Assembly: GCA_963738165.1 (NCBI GenBank)
Contig: CAVTVE010000005.1
Coordinates: 19,585 to 83,584 of the forward strand
Direction: 5' to 3'
Length of the DNA stretch: 64,000 nucleotides
Origin: an uncultured Acidobacteriota bacterium
Lineage (GTDB): Bacteria > Acidobacteriota > Terriglobia > Terriglobales > Acidobacteriaceae
Part shown: in pieces, positions 1 through 9,230 of the stretch
Layout of the letters: each line of letters opens with the position of its first letter
Numbering within the stretch: the first letter of the stretch is position 1
The notes under the pieces: generated by a model
The model's database searches: none
Told to the model about the DNA's origin: nothing
Seen by the model: the letters and a program-made list of their open reading frames with translations, nothing else
Translations under genes and position numbers: made by a program

Positions 1-36
1 CGAGCAAAGAGTGTTTCTCAAGGATTACTGTTTATA

Positions 37-61
37 CATCGCCCAGTGCCTCACAATCCCG
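37..61 (+). repeat. Dispersed TIR-like motif copy (left-end orientation)
   Basis: CATCGCC-CAGTGC-CTCACAATCCCG. It has the same 7+6+12 nt layout as the extended terminal repeat of the MITE-like element (6525-6549). It is near-identical to CCAGTACCTCACAATCCCG at 11220-11238. Confidence 0.5.
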
Positions 62-268
62 AACTGGAACTGTCGAGCCCAGTGCTGATGTAAGCCGTAA
101 TGAGTGCGTCGCGAAAACGAAGGTTTTCAGGACAATGCCGCAAAGCTCGGATCAGGGACTGTTTAGCTCCCCAGAAGTGTCTCAACCTGCCCCGTCGCTC
201 TTCCGTCGCCGAGACCACACCCCAATGGCGGTACGCCAAATAGCGTGCAAAGTTCTACGCCAAATACC

Positions 269-2024
269 GGTTCTTCCGCACTTTTGGTGATACTCCCGCC
301 TGACCAATAATTTGGGTACACTGCACTGCTCTGATGTTCTCCGGTCAATGGGATGGGTCAACGCACGCTGTTGCCCGATGCTACCGAGCTTCAGTTGCAT
401 TGTCTGAAGTTCGAGTTGGATACCGTTGTCCTGATCGTTCGCACCGCCCGCCGCGAGGCGGTCTGCCCCTTTTGCCACCAGCCGTCCTGTCGCACTCACA
501 GCCACTATGAGCGGAAACTCGCCGACCTGCCATGGAATGGCATCCCGGTGCTGGTGAGGTTGCGAACGCGGCGATTCTTTTGCGATACGCCCGGTTGCGG
601 CCAGCAGATCTTCACGGAGCGGCTGCCGAATACCGCGGCTCCGCATGCGCGACGTACAGAAAGACTGAGCAAGGCTGCGGATTGGTTTACGTTGGCGATG
701 GGCGGTGAGGCGGGCGCACGACTTGCTGGCAAAGTTGGTATCGTGACCAGCGGAGATACGTTGCTTCGCCAGTTGCGCCGGATGCCGCCACCGGCTTCGC
801 CCTATGTTCCGCGGGTGCTTGGTATCGATGACTGGGCTTGGCGCAAGGGGCATCGCTACGGAACGATCCTCTGCGATCTGGAGCGAGGCCGAGTGGTTGA
901 TCTGCTGCCGGATCGCACGGTGGAAACGGTGTCTGCCTGGTTGCGCTCGCACCCCGGTGTGGAGATCATCAGTCGTGATCGTGCCAGTGCCTACGCCGAA
1001 GCGGCGCGCACGGCCGCACCAAGAGCAATCCAGGTAGCCGACCGATGGCATCTCCTACGCAACGTCGTTGAAGCTCTCCAACGCCTGCTGGAAAGCAAGC
1101 ACAGTTTGTTGACGCAGACTGCCAAAGCAGTCGCCGGAATCACGCCGTCTCCGCCCTTGGCAATGTGCCCTGATGCACCACTTCCGGCACCAGCGATCAA
1201 GACTACAAGTGCCGAGCGTCTTCACCAGGCAAAGCGGAGCCGACGGCGTACCCGGTACGAAACGGTGATGGAGATGATCCGGCGGGGCGTGTCACAGTGT
1301 GAGATCTCGCGCCAGTTGGCGATTGGGCGGCGGACGGTCCACCGCTGGGTTCGCGCGGGTACATTTCCCGAACATGTGCGCACAAAGCGAAGTAGTTGTC
1401 TGGACCGGCATGAGAACTATTTGAAACGCCGCCATCAAGAAGGCTGTTACAACGCCACACGACTATGGCAAGAACTTCGTGCACAAGGATTTCGCGGCGG
1501 CTACGGTATCGTTTCTCAGTGGGTTCGACATATGCGCACGGCGCGAGATCATCCCACCCGGGTGCCAACAACTCAACGAACTGATAAGAGTTCACCTCGG
1601 CAGACGGCCTGGCTCCTGATACAGGAGCCGCCAGAAGCCCAAGCGTATCTGGAAGAGCTCTGCCGTCGTAGCCCGGAGATCGATGCCAGCGCAACTGCGG
1701 CCCGCGAGTTGTTCAAGATGATTCAACGGCGCGACGCACACGCCTGGACTCAATGGTTGAAAACGGCGAAGGAAACTCCGCTGAAGAGTTTCGCTGCTCA
1801 TCTTCAACGGGATCAAGGTGCGGTCTTAGCTGCCATGCAATTGCCTTGGAGCAACGGACACGTCGAAGGGCAGGTTCATCGGCTGAAGCTCATCAAACGA
1901 CAGATGTATGGACGCGCCAAGTTCGACCTGCTCCGACAACGCGTGTTGTACGCAGCTTGATATCGCTGGGGAACACAACCGTGCGTGAGCTCTCCACTGC
2001 CATCACCAAAAGCACAGAAGAACC
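269..2024 (+). mobile_element. ISL3-family insertion sequence (1,756 bp)
   Basis: 23-bp terminal inverted repeats GGTTCTTCCGCACTTTTGGTGAT (269-291) and ATCACCAAAAGCACAGAAGAACC (2002-2024) match 20/23 as reverse complement. They are flanked by a perfect 8-bp direct repeat CAAATACC (261-268 and 2025-2032), the target-duplication size typical of ISL3. A single transposase ORF lies inside. Confidence 0.85.
353..1960 (+). CDS. ISL3-family transposase
   Basis: 535-aa ORF. N-terminal zinc-finger-like CPFCHQPSCRTHSHYERKLADLPW; core VLGIDDWAWRKGHRYGTILCDLERGRVVDLLPDR; C-terminal SNGHVEGQVHRLKLIKRQMYGRAKFDLLRQRVL. All are characteristic of ISL3 transposases. Confidence 0.9.
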   Translation: MGQRTLLPDATELQLHCLKFELDTVVLIVRTARREAVCPFCHQPSCRTHSHYERKLADLPWNGIPVLVRLRTRRFFCDTPGCGQQIFTERLPNTAAPHARRTERLSKAADWFTLAMGGEAGARLAGKVGIVTSGDTLLRQLRRMPPPASPYVPRVLGIDDWAWRKGHRYGTILCDLERGRVVDLLPDRTVETVSAWLRSHPGVEIISRDRASAYAEAARTAAPRAIQVADRWHLLRNVVEALQRLLESKHSLLTQTAKAVAGITPSPPLAMCPDAPLPAPAIKTTSAERLHQAKRSRRRTRYETVMEMIRRGVSQCEISRQLAIGRRTVHRWVRAGTFPEHVRTKRSSCLDRHENYLKRRHQEGCYNATRLWQELRAQGFRGGYGIVSQWVRHMRTARDHPTRVPTTQRTDKSSPRQTAWLLIQEPPEAQAYLEELCRRSPEIDASATAARELFKMIQRRDAHAWTQWLKTAKETPLKSFAAHLQRDQGAVLAAMQLPWSNGHVEGQVHRLKLIKRQMYGRAKFDLLRQRVLYAA

Positions 2025-2253
2025 CAAATACCTTGCAAAGTGACAAACCCGCCCCATCGCTCTTCCGTCGCCGACTGAAAGCCAAGGCTCAGGCAAAGGT
2101 AAAAATTCAACGTGAAGCTGCCCGCAAACTTGTAGCCCTGGGAGGCACGATGCCGGATTTGGAAGACATCAGGCGCCGGAGGGCTGACGAGGGCGGCGAA
2201 TGAACACCGTTATTCAGTTTCTCGCATTTAAATAAAAAAGAGGGAGCCAGACA

Positions 2254-3162
2254 ATGAATGAAGCCATTTCCGGCATCGTAGTCGCGAGCCCATCCGCCCT
2301 GCCATCGCTGTTCACAGCGCGTCCGGAAGCCCGTAAGCGACTGCGCGACTTCTTCAGCTCTCACATCCGCAATCGCAATACGCGGCGCGCTTACATGGAA
2401 GCGGTGCGCCAGTTTGCTGCCTTCTGTGCGGAGCTGGGTATTGCAGAGCTCGAGCAGGTGGAGCCGGTGCACGTGGCCGCCTTCGTCGAGCGCCAGCTCG
2501 AGACCAATTCCCGGCCCACAGTGAAGCAGCGCCTGGCAGCGTTGCGCATGCTGGATGGTGGTCGGCCAGGTGATGGCGTCGAATCCTGCACATGCCGTAC
2601 GCGGACCGAAGCACACCCAGAAGAAAGGCTCGACGCCGGTGTTGACGCCGGAGGAGGCCCGCGAGCTGCTCGATTCGATCGATATCGAGTCTGTGGTCGG
2701 GCAGCGGGATCGCGCCCTGATCGCGCTGATGGTCTATACATTCGCCCGGGTCGGGGCCGTGCTTAAGATGCGTGTTGAGGACTTCTTCGTCCAGGGGCGC
2801 CGCGGCTGGGTGCGGCTGCATGAGAAGGGCGGCAAGTTGCACGAAATGCCGACCCATCACAACCTCGCAAGGGCCCCCTGTTCCGCACCACGCGCGCCCG
2901 CACCGGCGAACTGACGGATCACGCCATGCTGCAGTCCGACGTCTGGCGCATGATCCGCCGCCGAGCCGCCGACGCCGGCATCGAGACCGAGATCGGCTGC
3001 CATTCGTTTCGCGCGACCGGCATAACCGCGTATCTAAAGAACGGGGGCAAGCTCGAGGTCGCACAGCAGATGGCCAATCATGAGTCGGCCAGGACAACCG
3101 GGCTCTACGACCGGCGCTCGGACGAGATCTCGCTCGACGAGGTCGAGAAAATTGGGATCTGA
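2254..3162 (+). pseudogene. Tyrosine recombinase / phage-type integrase, disrupted by at least 2 frame breaks
   Basis: Three ORF pieces (about 2254-2550, 2555-2880, 2887-3162) together read as an integrase. Motifs: NTRRAYMEAVRQFAAFC (core-binding part), ALMVYTFARVGAVLKMRVEDF (box I Arg), HEKGGKLHEMPTHHNL, GPLFRT, HSFRATGITAYL (HxxR), ANHESARTTGLYDRR (His...Tyr). The frame changes near 2545-2560 and 2870-2890, with apparent small deletions. Confidence 0.75.
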
Positions 3163-3204
3163 AGAACGGCATCCAAACCGACGTTTAGATTTGTAAAAGG
3201 AAGT

Positions 3205-5206
3205 GTGCGTCCAGCGAAGGCTGGCATGAACAGTGGGTGAAAGTCCCACCGGGGTAAGAGTCCAAGCCCTGTAGCTTGAATAGCAGGAAGGAAGGAAACT
3301 GAAAATCCTGAAGCCTATTGACAAAGCCTTCTGAAAAGGATGGCGAGCGAGTTGCCGGGCCGTAACGCAAGTGAACCCATATGGCCTCGAAAGTACTGAA
3401 ATCCGAAGGCCGAGCCCTCACTTTTCGGGCGAAGGCAGCATGGTGCGTCGCAAGGACTGATGCGGCGAAACACTTCGGCGGGGTTGGTAGGGACAGCACG
3501 GTGACAAGGTCATGCTAAGCAACTGGAGAAACCCTCCTCGCCCCGTTGAGAAATCGGCGGAGCAGGGAAGCCGTATAACCGGTGACACCGGGAAGTCGGC
3601 GGACGGCGAGAGGGATTCGGCTGGGTCTGTAGTAGCGAGGAAGCGGAGTAATTCCCGTGGAGCGAAGAGGCCCTGCTGTTTGTGATGGCTCTAACAAAAC
3701 GGGAGGCAAGGGTGAGATGACAAAAACGCCCATCAGTTTGCAGGACCTGAGAAGGAGTCTATATGTCAAGGCGAAGGCAGAACCGTCTTGGCGTTTCTGG
3801 GGACTATACGTCCATGTCTGCAAGATGGAGACTTTGTGGGAAGCCTACCAGATGGCGAGCCGTAATGACGGGGCTCCGGGCATTGACGGGGTCACGTTTG
3901 AAGCCATCGAGGAAAGCGGAGCGGAGAGTTTTCTCGTGCAGATTCGGGATGAATTAGTTACCAACACGTATCGGCCCATGCCGGCACGGAAGAAGGAGAT
4001 TCCAAAGGACGGGGGAAAGAAAGTCCGCGTCCTTTCGATTCCTGCAATCCGTGATCGAGTGGTCCAGGGGGCGTTAAAGCTCATCCTGGAGCCGATCTTC
4101 GAAGCTGACTTCCAAACAGGGTCGTTTGGATATCGACCGAAGCGGACGGCGCATGAAGCCGTAGCCCGGGTAGCCAGAGCGATCGTCGAAGAGAAGACGC
4201 GCATCATTGATTTGGATTTAGCCTCCTATTTCGATAACGTGCAGCACTCTCTGTTGTTAGAGAAAGTGGCTCGGCGGGTCCATGATGATGCGGTCATGCA
4301 TTTACTCAAGATGATTCTGAAGGCGACCGGAAAGAAAGGCGTTCCCCAAGGCGGTGTGATTTCACCTTTGCTCAGTAACCTCTATCTGAATGAGGTAGAC
4401 CGGATGCTGGAGAAGGCGGTGGATATCACGCGAAGGGGCAAGTCAACCAAAGTCCAGTACGCGCGTTTTGCGGACGACATGGTGATCTTGATCGACGCTG
4501 AACGGCGGAATGACTGGCTGGTGGAGGCGATAGACAAACGGCTGCGCGAGGAGTTCGCGAAGCTCCGCGTTGAGATCAACGAGGACAAGAGTCGGATGGT
4601 GGATCTGAAGAAGGGAGAGAGCTTCACTTTTCTGGGCTTTGAATATCGGCGTGTACTGAGCCTTCAGCGGAAATGGCGACCAAACTATGTGCCCAAGCTG
4701 AAGAAGCGGACAGCGCTGTTTGAAAAGCTCAGGGAGATCTTCCGGCAGCACGTCAGCTGGCCCGTCGAGACTGTGATTGCGAAAATCAATCCGGTTCTGC
4801 GCGGTTGGGTGAACTACTTTCGGGTCGGCCATTCGAGTATTTGTTTTGGGGTGGTCAAACGCTGGGTAGAGGAGAAGGTACGGCGGCATTTGATGCGAGC
4901 CCGGGGCCGCAAAGGTTTCGGCTGGACGCGATGGAGTAGCGAATGGCTATACGGTCGGCTGGGTCTGTTTAACAACTACCAGCTCCGTCGATGGTCAGGT
5001 GCGAAAGTCGCCCCAGCACGATAGGCCACATAACTCTTGGCACAAAGCAAACAGGTGCGCCCAGTGCGGGAAATCCGCACGCTGGGTGCGATGTGGCGGG
5101 GGCTGGAAACGGATTCACGGTTTGGCTATTGAGGCACTCCCAGAGGAAACGGGGAGCAACAAGCTAGGCTGGACCTTCGGAATACCGCGCCAGTCCTCGA
5201 CCCGAC
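3205..5206 (+). mobile_element. Group II intron, copy A (2,002 bp, ORF in domain IV)
   Basis: The 5' end is GTGCG at 3205 and the RT/maturase ORF lies inside. Domain V-like hairpin at 5057-5089: GCGCCCAGU-GCGG-GAAA-UCCGC-AC(bulge)-GCUGGGUGC. Domain VI basal helix with bulged A at 5200, 7 nt from the 3' end ...CTCGACCCGAC (5206). Identity to copy B stops exactly at both ends. The element is intergenic, 43 nt after the integrase pseudogene stop. Confidence 0.85.
3657..5024 (+). CDS. Group II intron reverse transcriptase/maturase (no endonuclease domain)
   Basis: RT blocks YRPKRTAHEAV, IDLDLASYFDNVQH, GVPQGGVISPLLSNLYLN, YARFADDMVILI (YxDD). Maturase/X region is NPVLRGWVNYFRVGHS. The protein ends without an HNH domain. 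The likely true start is ATG 3717, preceded by GGGAGG. Confidence 0.9.
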   Translation: MERRGPAVCDGSNKTGGKGEMTKTPISLQDLRRSLYVKAKAEPSWRFWGLYVHVCKMETLWEAYQMASRNDGAPGIDGVTFEAIEESGAESFLVQIRDELVTNTYRPMPARKKEIPKDGGKKVRVLSIPAIRDRVVQGALKLILEPIFEADFQTGSFGYRPKRTAHEAVARVARAIVEEKTRIIDLDLASYFDNVQHSLLLEKVARRVHDDAVMHLLKMILKATGKKGVPQGGVISPLLSNLYLNEVDRMLEKAVDITRRGKSTKVQYARFADDMVILIDAERRNDWLVEAIDKRLREEFAKLRVEINEDKSRMVDLKKGESFTFLGFEYRRVLSLQRKWRPNYVPKLKKRTALFEKLREIFRQHVSWPVETVIAKINPVLRGWVNYFRVGHSSICFGVVKRWVEEKVRRHLMRARGRKGFGWTRWSSEWLYGRLGLFNNYQLRRWSGAKVAPAR

Positions 5207-5217
5207 TGCCGGCCACG

Positions 5218-5239
5218 AATGGGCCGGACGGATAGTGAG
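5218..5239 (+). repeat. Degenerate TIR-like motif copy (right-end orientation)
   Basis: AATGGGCCGGACGGATAGTGAG resembles AATGCCCGAAACGGGATACTGAG (6715-6737) and AATGCCGGAACGGGATAGTGAG (14384-14405). It begins 12 nt after the 3' end of intron copy A. Confidence 0.45.
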
Positions 5240-5366
5240 TTACTAGCCCCGTCTCCAACAATCCAGAAACTCTGGAGTTTATTCACGTTCGGGCTTAGAG
5301 TATGCGAAGAAGCGCGCGGCCCCCGTAGATCTGGGCCTTGACTACCCTCTTTCTGCGGAGAAAAGA

Positions 5367-5519
5367 ATGAACGGTGTTCGCAGTAGGCAAATCGCATTTT
5401 TAATCGTGCTGGTTTTTGGGTTCATCATCCAAAGCGACGCTCAATCCGATGGTAGTTTTGTTGAGGTCACTGGTGACGATATCGTTACCCAGGTTGCGCT
5501 TGTGATATCGAATGATTGA
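5367..5519 (+). CDS. Possible small secreted peptide (50 aa)
   Basis: Below the 60-aa ORF-track cutoff; read by eye. GGAG lies 7 nt upstream of the ATG. Sequence MNGVRSRQIAFLIVLVFGFIIQSDAQS... looks like a signal peptide. No family recognised. Confidence 0.3.
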   Translation: MNGVRSRQIAFLIVLVFGFIIQSDAQSDGSFVEVTGDDIVTQVALVISND

Positions 5520-5672
5520 GAGTCGCGGAGCAGCAGGGCAAGAAGCCTATATTCCCGTCGCAAAGCTTCTACGCAACGTTCTATGAATTGCGAGCCGATG
5601 TTTGTAAGGAGTTCGGCGGGAAAGTCGTAGACTTAGACGGGCAGGTACGTGCCTGTCACTAAAGGAGAACGA

Positions 5673-5891
5673 ATGCCCCAAGTTAGAAGGATCAGCCTTA
5701 CTGTGCTTTTGCTTGCCATCCTACTCGCGGTGTACGCATTTGCAGAGTGCCCTCACAACACTACTTGCGCCATTGATGACCAGCCGATGATATTCACTGG
5801 CATATCGAAGAGCGAGAACGGACACTTGTTCTGGAAGTATGCCCACGACTATGCAGGTAAACACCACGAAATCTGGATCAGGTGCGATTAG
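5673..5891 (+). CDS. Hypothetical small secreted protein
   Basis: Internal ATG of ORF 5649-5891, preceded by AAGGAG. N-terminus MPQVRRISLTVLLLAILLAVYAFAE is signal-peptide-like. No family recognised. Confidence 0.5.
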   Translation: MPQVRRISLTVLLLAILLAVYAFAECPHNTTCAIDDQPMIFTGISKSENGHLFWKYAHDYAGKHHEIWIRCD

Positions 5892-6537
5892 TCGGACTTG
5901 TCTCAATTTAGACGGCAACACCGAGATTACATCGCTAAAGTGACTCACAATCCCAACCTGGGGTGCCAATCACCGTGCATTAAATGGACGCGGTTGGCGC
6001 CTACGCTCCTCTTCGGCACCGTATCGCTTGATCACCTCGACCGCAAGATCGAGATAACGGATCATTACGGCCTCCTTCTCACTGCGCTTGAGTTTTCTGA
6101 TCTTAGCCGCAGTCGAATCTAACATGGTACTCCCATCACAGGGAGCGGTCTTGTCGGTCAGCACAGCATCCCGTATCTTCCTGATCCTGTCCTTCAAATC
6201 CTCTGGAGCATGAATGTCTGACGCGAACAGTGAGTCAACGGCGCACCGAGAGAATTTCGAGCAGCAGGATTTACCAGCATAGCTCTGAGCGCCCCTTTCG
6301 AGACTATCTGTTCATAGACATACTTCACGCTTTCTCGACTCATATACGACCTTTCTAGGCCCGACAAATTCACGAAGTTGAGAGTTCCCCTCATATAGTA
6401 CGGACGGAAGTACCCCCCTTTTGCTAGTAGTTTGGGAAATTTATTTTTCAACTTGGCAATCTACTTGCCAAGTCGGGTGGGGAGAGTAAGCAGATTAGGA
6501 CAGTACCAAAAATTCCTGTGTATGCATCGCCGGTGTG

Positions 6538-6737
6538 CTCAGTATCCCGTTTCGGGCATTCCGACCTCATCATTGCGAACAATGCGCCTCCGGGGCGATG
6601 CGTGCGCACCGTGTTCAGTGCAGAGTGATAGAGCCTCTGCTTAGAAGGCAGAGGCACTATTGCGTGGACATCCACGGCGGACGGCCCTGCAGATGCCGTC
6701 GGCGATCCCGGGGCAATGCCCGAAACGGGATACTGAG
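6538..6737. mobile_element. MITE-like element with perfect 23-bp terminal inverted repeats
   Basis: CTCAGTATCCCGTTTCGGGCATT (6538-6560) versus AATGCCCGAAACGGGATACTGAG (6715-6737) match 23/23. The inverted repeat continues imperfectly outward (CATCGCC 6525-6531 / GGCGATG 6744-6750, then CCTGT.. / ..ACAGG to about 6515-6758). Internal 8-bp-stem hairpin GCCTCTGC-TTAGAAG-GCAGAGGC at 6633-6655. No coding capacity. Confidence 0.6.
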
Positions 6738-6789
6738 ACGATAGGCGATGTGTACAGGTATCTTAGGTGTGCGGCATAAACTCGTTAGG

Positions 6790-8301
6790 ATGAACTTATT
6801 TTTCCTAAATCGGCTTTGTCTGTTAGCTCTAGCTCTTGGAGCGAGCACGGCAGTCATGGGGAATGCACAGACCCCGGCTTCTGGCATAGCGCAGCAGGCC
6901 GCGATGGCTGACGAGGGCCAGCCTCCTTTGTGCGAACCTGGCTTGATCGACGGGACCTTCACGTTCGCTGACCAACCTGCGGGGAAGCAAACAGTTTCGT
7001 TACATTTCGAGAACACAAGTAAGACCGCCTGCCGTCTTCACGGACCGGCAGGATCGTCCTTCGCAGTCGACGGGCACAGTATGGTTACAGAGAGCTGCTG
7101 GCTGTGTGATGCCAATGGCAACCCATCTACTGCGCCGGAGCAGCAGCCAGGAAATCAGATACTGCTTGCGCCAGGCGGACGGGCTACGCTCGACCTACAA
7201 TGGGACTCGGTTGGGGAGTCATGTCAGTGGGCAGATTGGGTTGATTTTCAGTTCTATTGGGTGGCGCTTCCTAATTTCGACTTCAGGAAGATCACTTCGT
7301 ATCTGTTCAGTCCATCAGGCTGGCCCTTGCATATTTGTTCGGCGGTGAGAAGCTCCGGTTACCGGGCAGGATCGGCTTCGCCATCGACCGGAGAGCCGAG
7401 AGACGGATTGGTGAGTGTTTCTGTCCTGCAGAACACTATCTACAACGATGAGCGGGTGACCTTACATGTGGAACTTACGGGACAGGCAAAGCCAGCTATG
7501 CAACCGGTCGGTTGCGCAGACATCTACACGGTGCGGCAAGGACCTTCAATAGGCACGCGACTCGACCCGCTGCCTACTTTGGCCTCTCATCTTGTTCCAT
7601 CGTTCGCACCGGAACAGATTCAGGAAGACCAAGAGCGACCGTGGCCATCATGGAAGAAGGACCATCTTCGCAGGTGCAACATAGAGGCCGGGAAGCCAAC
7701 AGCCGATGCCGAGATAAACGCGGTGGATCTTGCCAATCTCACGCACATCGAATGGAGCGCGCGCCCTGCATCCGGCAAGGACCCCATCTTTCTGACTACT
7801 TCGACGCATTTCACCGTACTCGATGTCGATACGCTTGCACCCAATTGGGGCGAAATGACTGAAGGCATTCACGCGGGTCTCTCTGTCGACCAGGACACAT
7901 TCAGTGCGGGTGAACGGATTCCATTGCATATTAGGTGGGATAACGTGAACGCCTCTAAGGTTCTGGGGCAAGGGGAGTGTGGAGACCCGCAGCCTGTGTT
8001 GGAGGTTCAGGATTCCCGGCACAAGTTATTGCGGACAATTCCGATGGACCTGTGCTTGGGCCACGGGTGGGGCCCATTCACAATTGAGAAGGGCAAGGCA
8101 CAGCATGACTTCCGCGAGCTATCTCTGACGGAGCCGGGAGTCTATTACCTGGTAAGCGTTTGGTCCCCGCGTGTCTTGGAGGCGGTTCCAGACACCGAGA
8201 CTAAGCGTCCGCGCATCGGGGGAGGTAGCTTCGGTAGCATCTACGCCACAGCGCGCTCCCTGCCGGTGCGTATCGAGGTAGTGCCTAGCAAGAGGCGGTA
8301 A
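6790..8301 (+). CDS. Hypothetical secreted protein
   Basis: ORF 6748-8301. The probable start is ATG 6790, giving signal peptide MNLFFLNRLCLLALALGASTAVMGNAQ. 503 aa, Cys-containing, no family recognised. Confidence 0.7.
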   Translation: MNLFFLNRLCLLALALGASTAVMGNAQTPASGIAQQAAMADEGQPPLCEPGLIDGTFTFADQPAGKQTVSLHFENTSKTACRLHGPAGSSFAVDGHSMVTESCWLCDANGNPSTAPEQQPGNQILLAPGGRATLDLQWDSVGESCQWADWVDFQFYWVALPNFDFRKITSYLFSPSGWPLHICSAVRSSGYRAGSASPSTGEPRDGLVSVSVLQNTIYNDERVTLHVELTGQAKPAMQPVGCADIYTVRQGPSIGTRLDPLPTLASHLVPSFAPEQIQEDQERPWPSWKKDHLRRCNIEAGKPTADAEINAVDLANLTHIEWSARPASGKDPIFLTTSTHFTVLDVDTLAPNWGEMTEGIHAGLSVDQDTFSAGERIPLHIRWDNVNASKVLGQGECGDPQPVLEVQDSRHKLLRTIPMDLCLGHGWGPFTIEKGKAQHDFRELSLTEPGVYYLVSVWSPRVLEAVPDTETKRPRIGGGSFGSIYATARSLPVRIEVVPSKRR

Positions 8302-8485
8302 TTGGACGCGCAGTACGAAACGGCCGCAACCGCACTCTCAACTGTCGCACGTGGACCTGGCCGGCAAACTTCACAAACTTGCCGTTTGCCGCCCATACTC
8401 TCCCATTGCTGACGCACGATGTTAGTGCTCTATCGGAGGCCGCCTTTGCGCGAGTTGCGACGAAGTTCCAAGATTCCGGACTATA

Positions 8486-8521
8486 ACAGGGCCAGTGTTT
8501 GCCTATGCGCACTGGGCGATG
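8486..8521. repeat. Palindromic copy of the outer part of the repeat family
   Basis: ACAGGGCCAGTG-(12 nt)-CACTGGGCGATG. The right arm is the reverse complement of CATCGCCCAGTG (37-48). The left arm matches ACAGGGCCAGG (15342-15352). Confidence 0.45.
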
Positions 8522-8550
8522 TATGAACAGGTATCCGCCAACGAAAATAT

Positions 8551-9198
8551 TCAGCGCAAAAAGCGAAACGTCATCAGAACCTGCCTTAGTTGTTCGTGAA
8601 CCAATTTCACTTGAGCGCGGCTGAATAGCTTGGTCTCGCCACTGTCGCCAGGGTAGTCGCCGAAATTCACTCCGGTCGCCATCTCGTAACAGCGTCCGTT
8701 GTGAAATGTGCGGTAAAGAATCATGTCGAAGACGGTCCCCGTAGCAACGGCTCCGAAAGAGCCTGCCACAAAGTTAATGCCGTTGATTTGCTCTGTGTGA
8801 ATCGAATTTTGTGCCGGAACATTGGGGTTGACTGCAAGGCCCTGGGGCGGAGCAAAGGACTCGCAATCAGCTCGTGTGTTCAGATTGGTAACGTCCCAAA
8901 ATTGGAGTGCTGCCCCTAGAAAGGTGGTATTTGGAAACGCGCTGGCCGGATATGCAATACAGACCAAGGCTCGCATTTTCAGGGGGTAACGACCGTCCCA
9001 ACCGTAACCGGAAACCGGCCGAGGCAAGTTGCCACTAGGCTGCCCGCAGCCACCCTTGCCGTCGTTGTACAGCGCATAAGAGGCGGGCACCGAGAACGCA
9101 AACTCGTGGTCAGGGCTGGTAAATGTCCTCGGCTCCGCGTGCTGCGCTTGTGCAGCCAACGTAATCATCATCACGAGAGTCGCAGTAATCAGCTTCAT
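8551..9198 (-). CDS. Hypothetical secreted protein
   Basis: 215-aa ORF with signal peptide MKLITATLVMMITLAAQAQHA. No family recognised. Confidence 0.7.
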   Translation of the reverse strand: MKLITATLVMMITLAAQAQHAEPRTFTSPDHEFAFSVPASYALYNDGKGGCGQPSGNLPRPVSGYGWDGRYPLKMRALVCIAYPASAFPNTTFLGAALQFWDVTNLNTRADCESFAPPQGLAVNPNVPAQNSIHTEQINGINFVAGSFGAVATGTVFDMILYRTFHNGRCYEMATGVNFGDYPGDSGETKLFSRAQVKLVHEQLRQVLMTFRFLR

Positions 9199-9230
9199 AA
9201 TTCTGTGATGCTCTAGTTGTTGACGACAAC

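Noticed and set aside
182-3172. Minus-strand ORFs 182-1051 and 2354-3172, and ORF 1985-2203
   Set aside because: The first two are antisense to the ISL3 transposase and the integrase pseudogene. ORF 1985-2203 starts inside the IS right end and runs across the IR/TSD boundary, so it is an insertion-created hybrid at best.
4999-5235. Small ORFs over the intron 3' regions (4999-5235 and 26371-26679)
   Set aside because: They overlie the domain V/VI RNA structure and diverge exactly at the intron boundary. They are not independent genes.
5970-6451. Two overlapping small minus-strand ORFs (85 and 75 aa, 4-nt overlap) resembling a toxin-antitoxin layout
   Set aside because: I recognised no family signature. 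The likely real starts give products of only about 50 aa, and the coding evidence is weak. Left unannotated.
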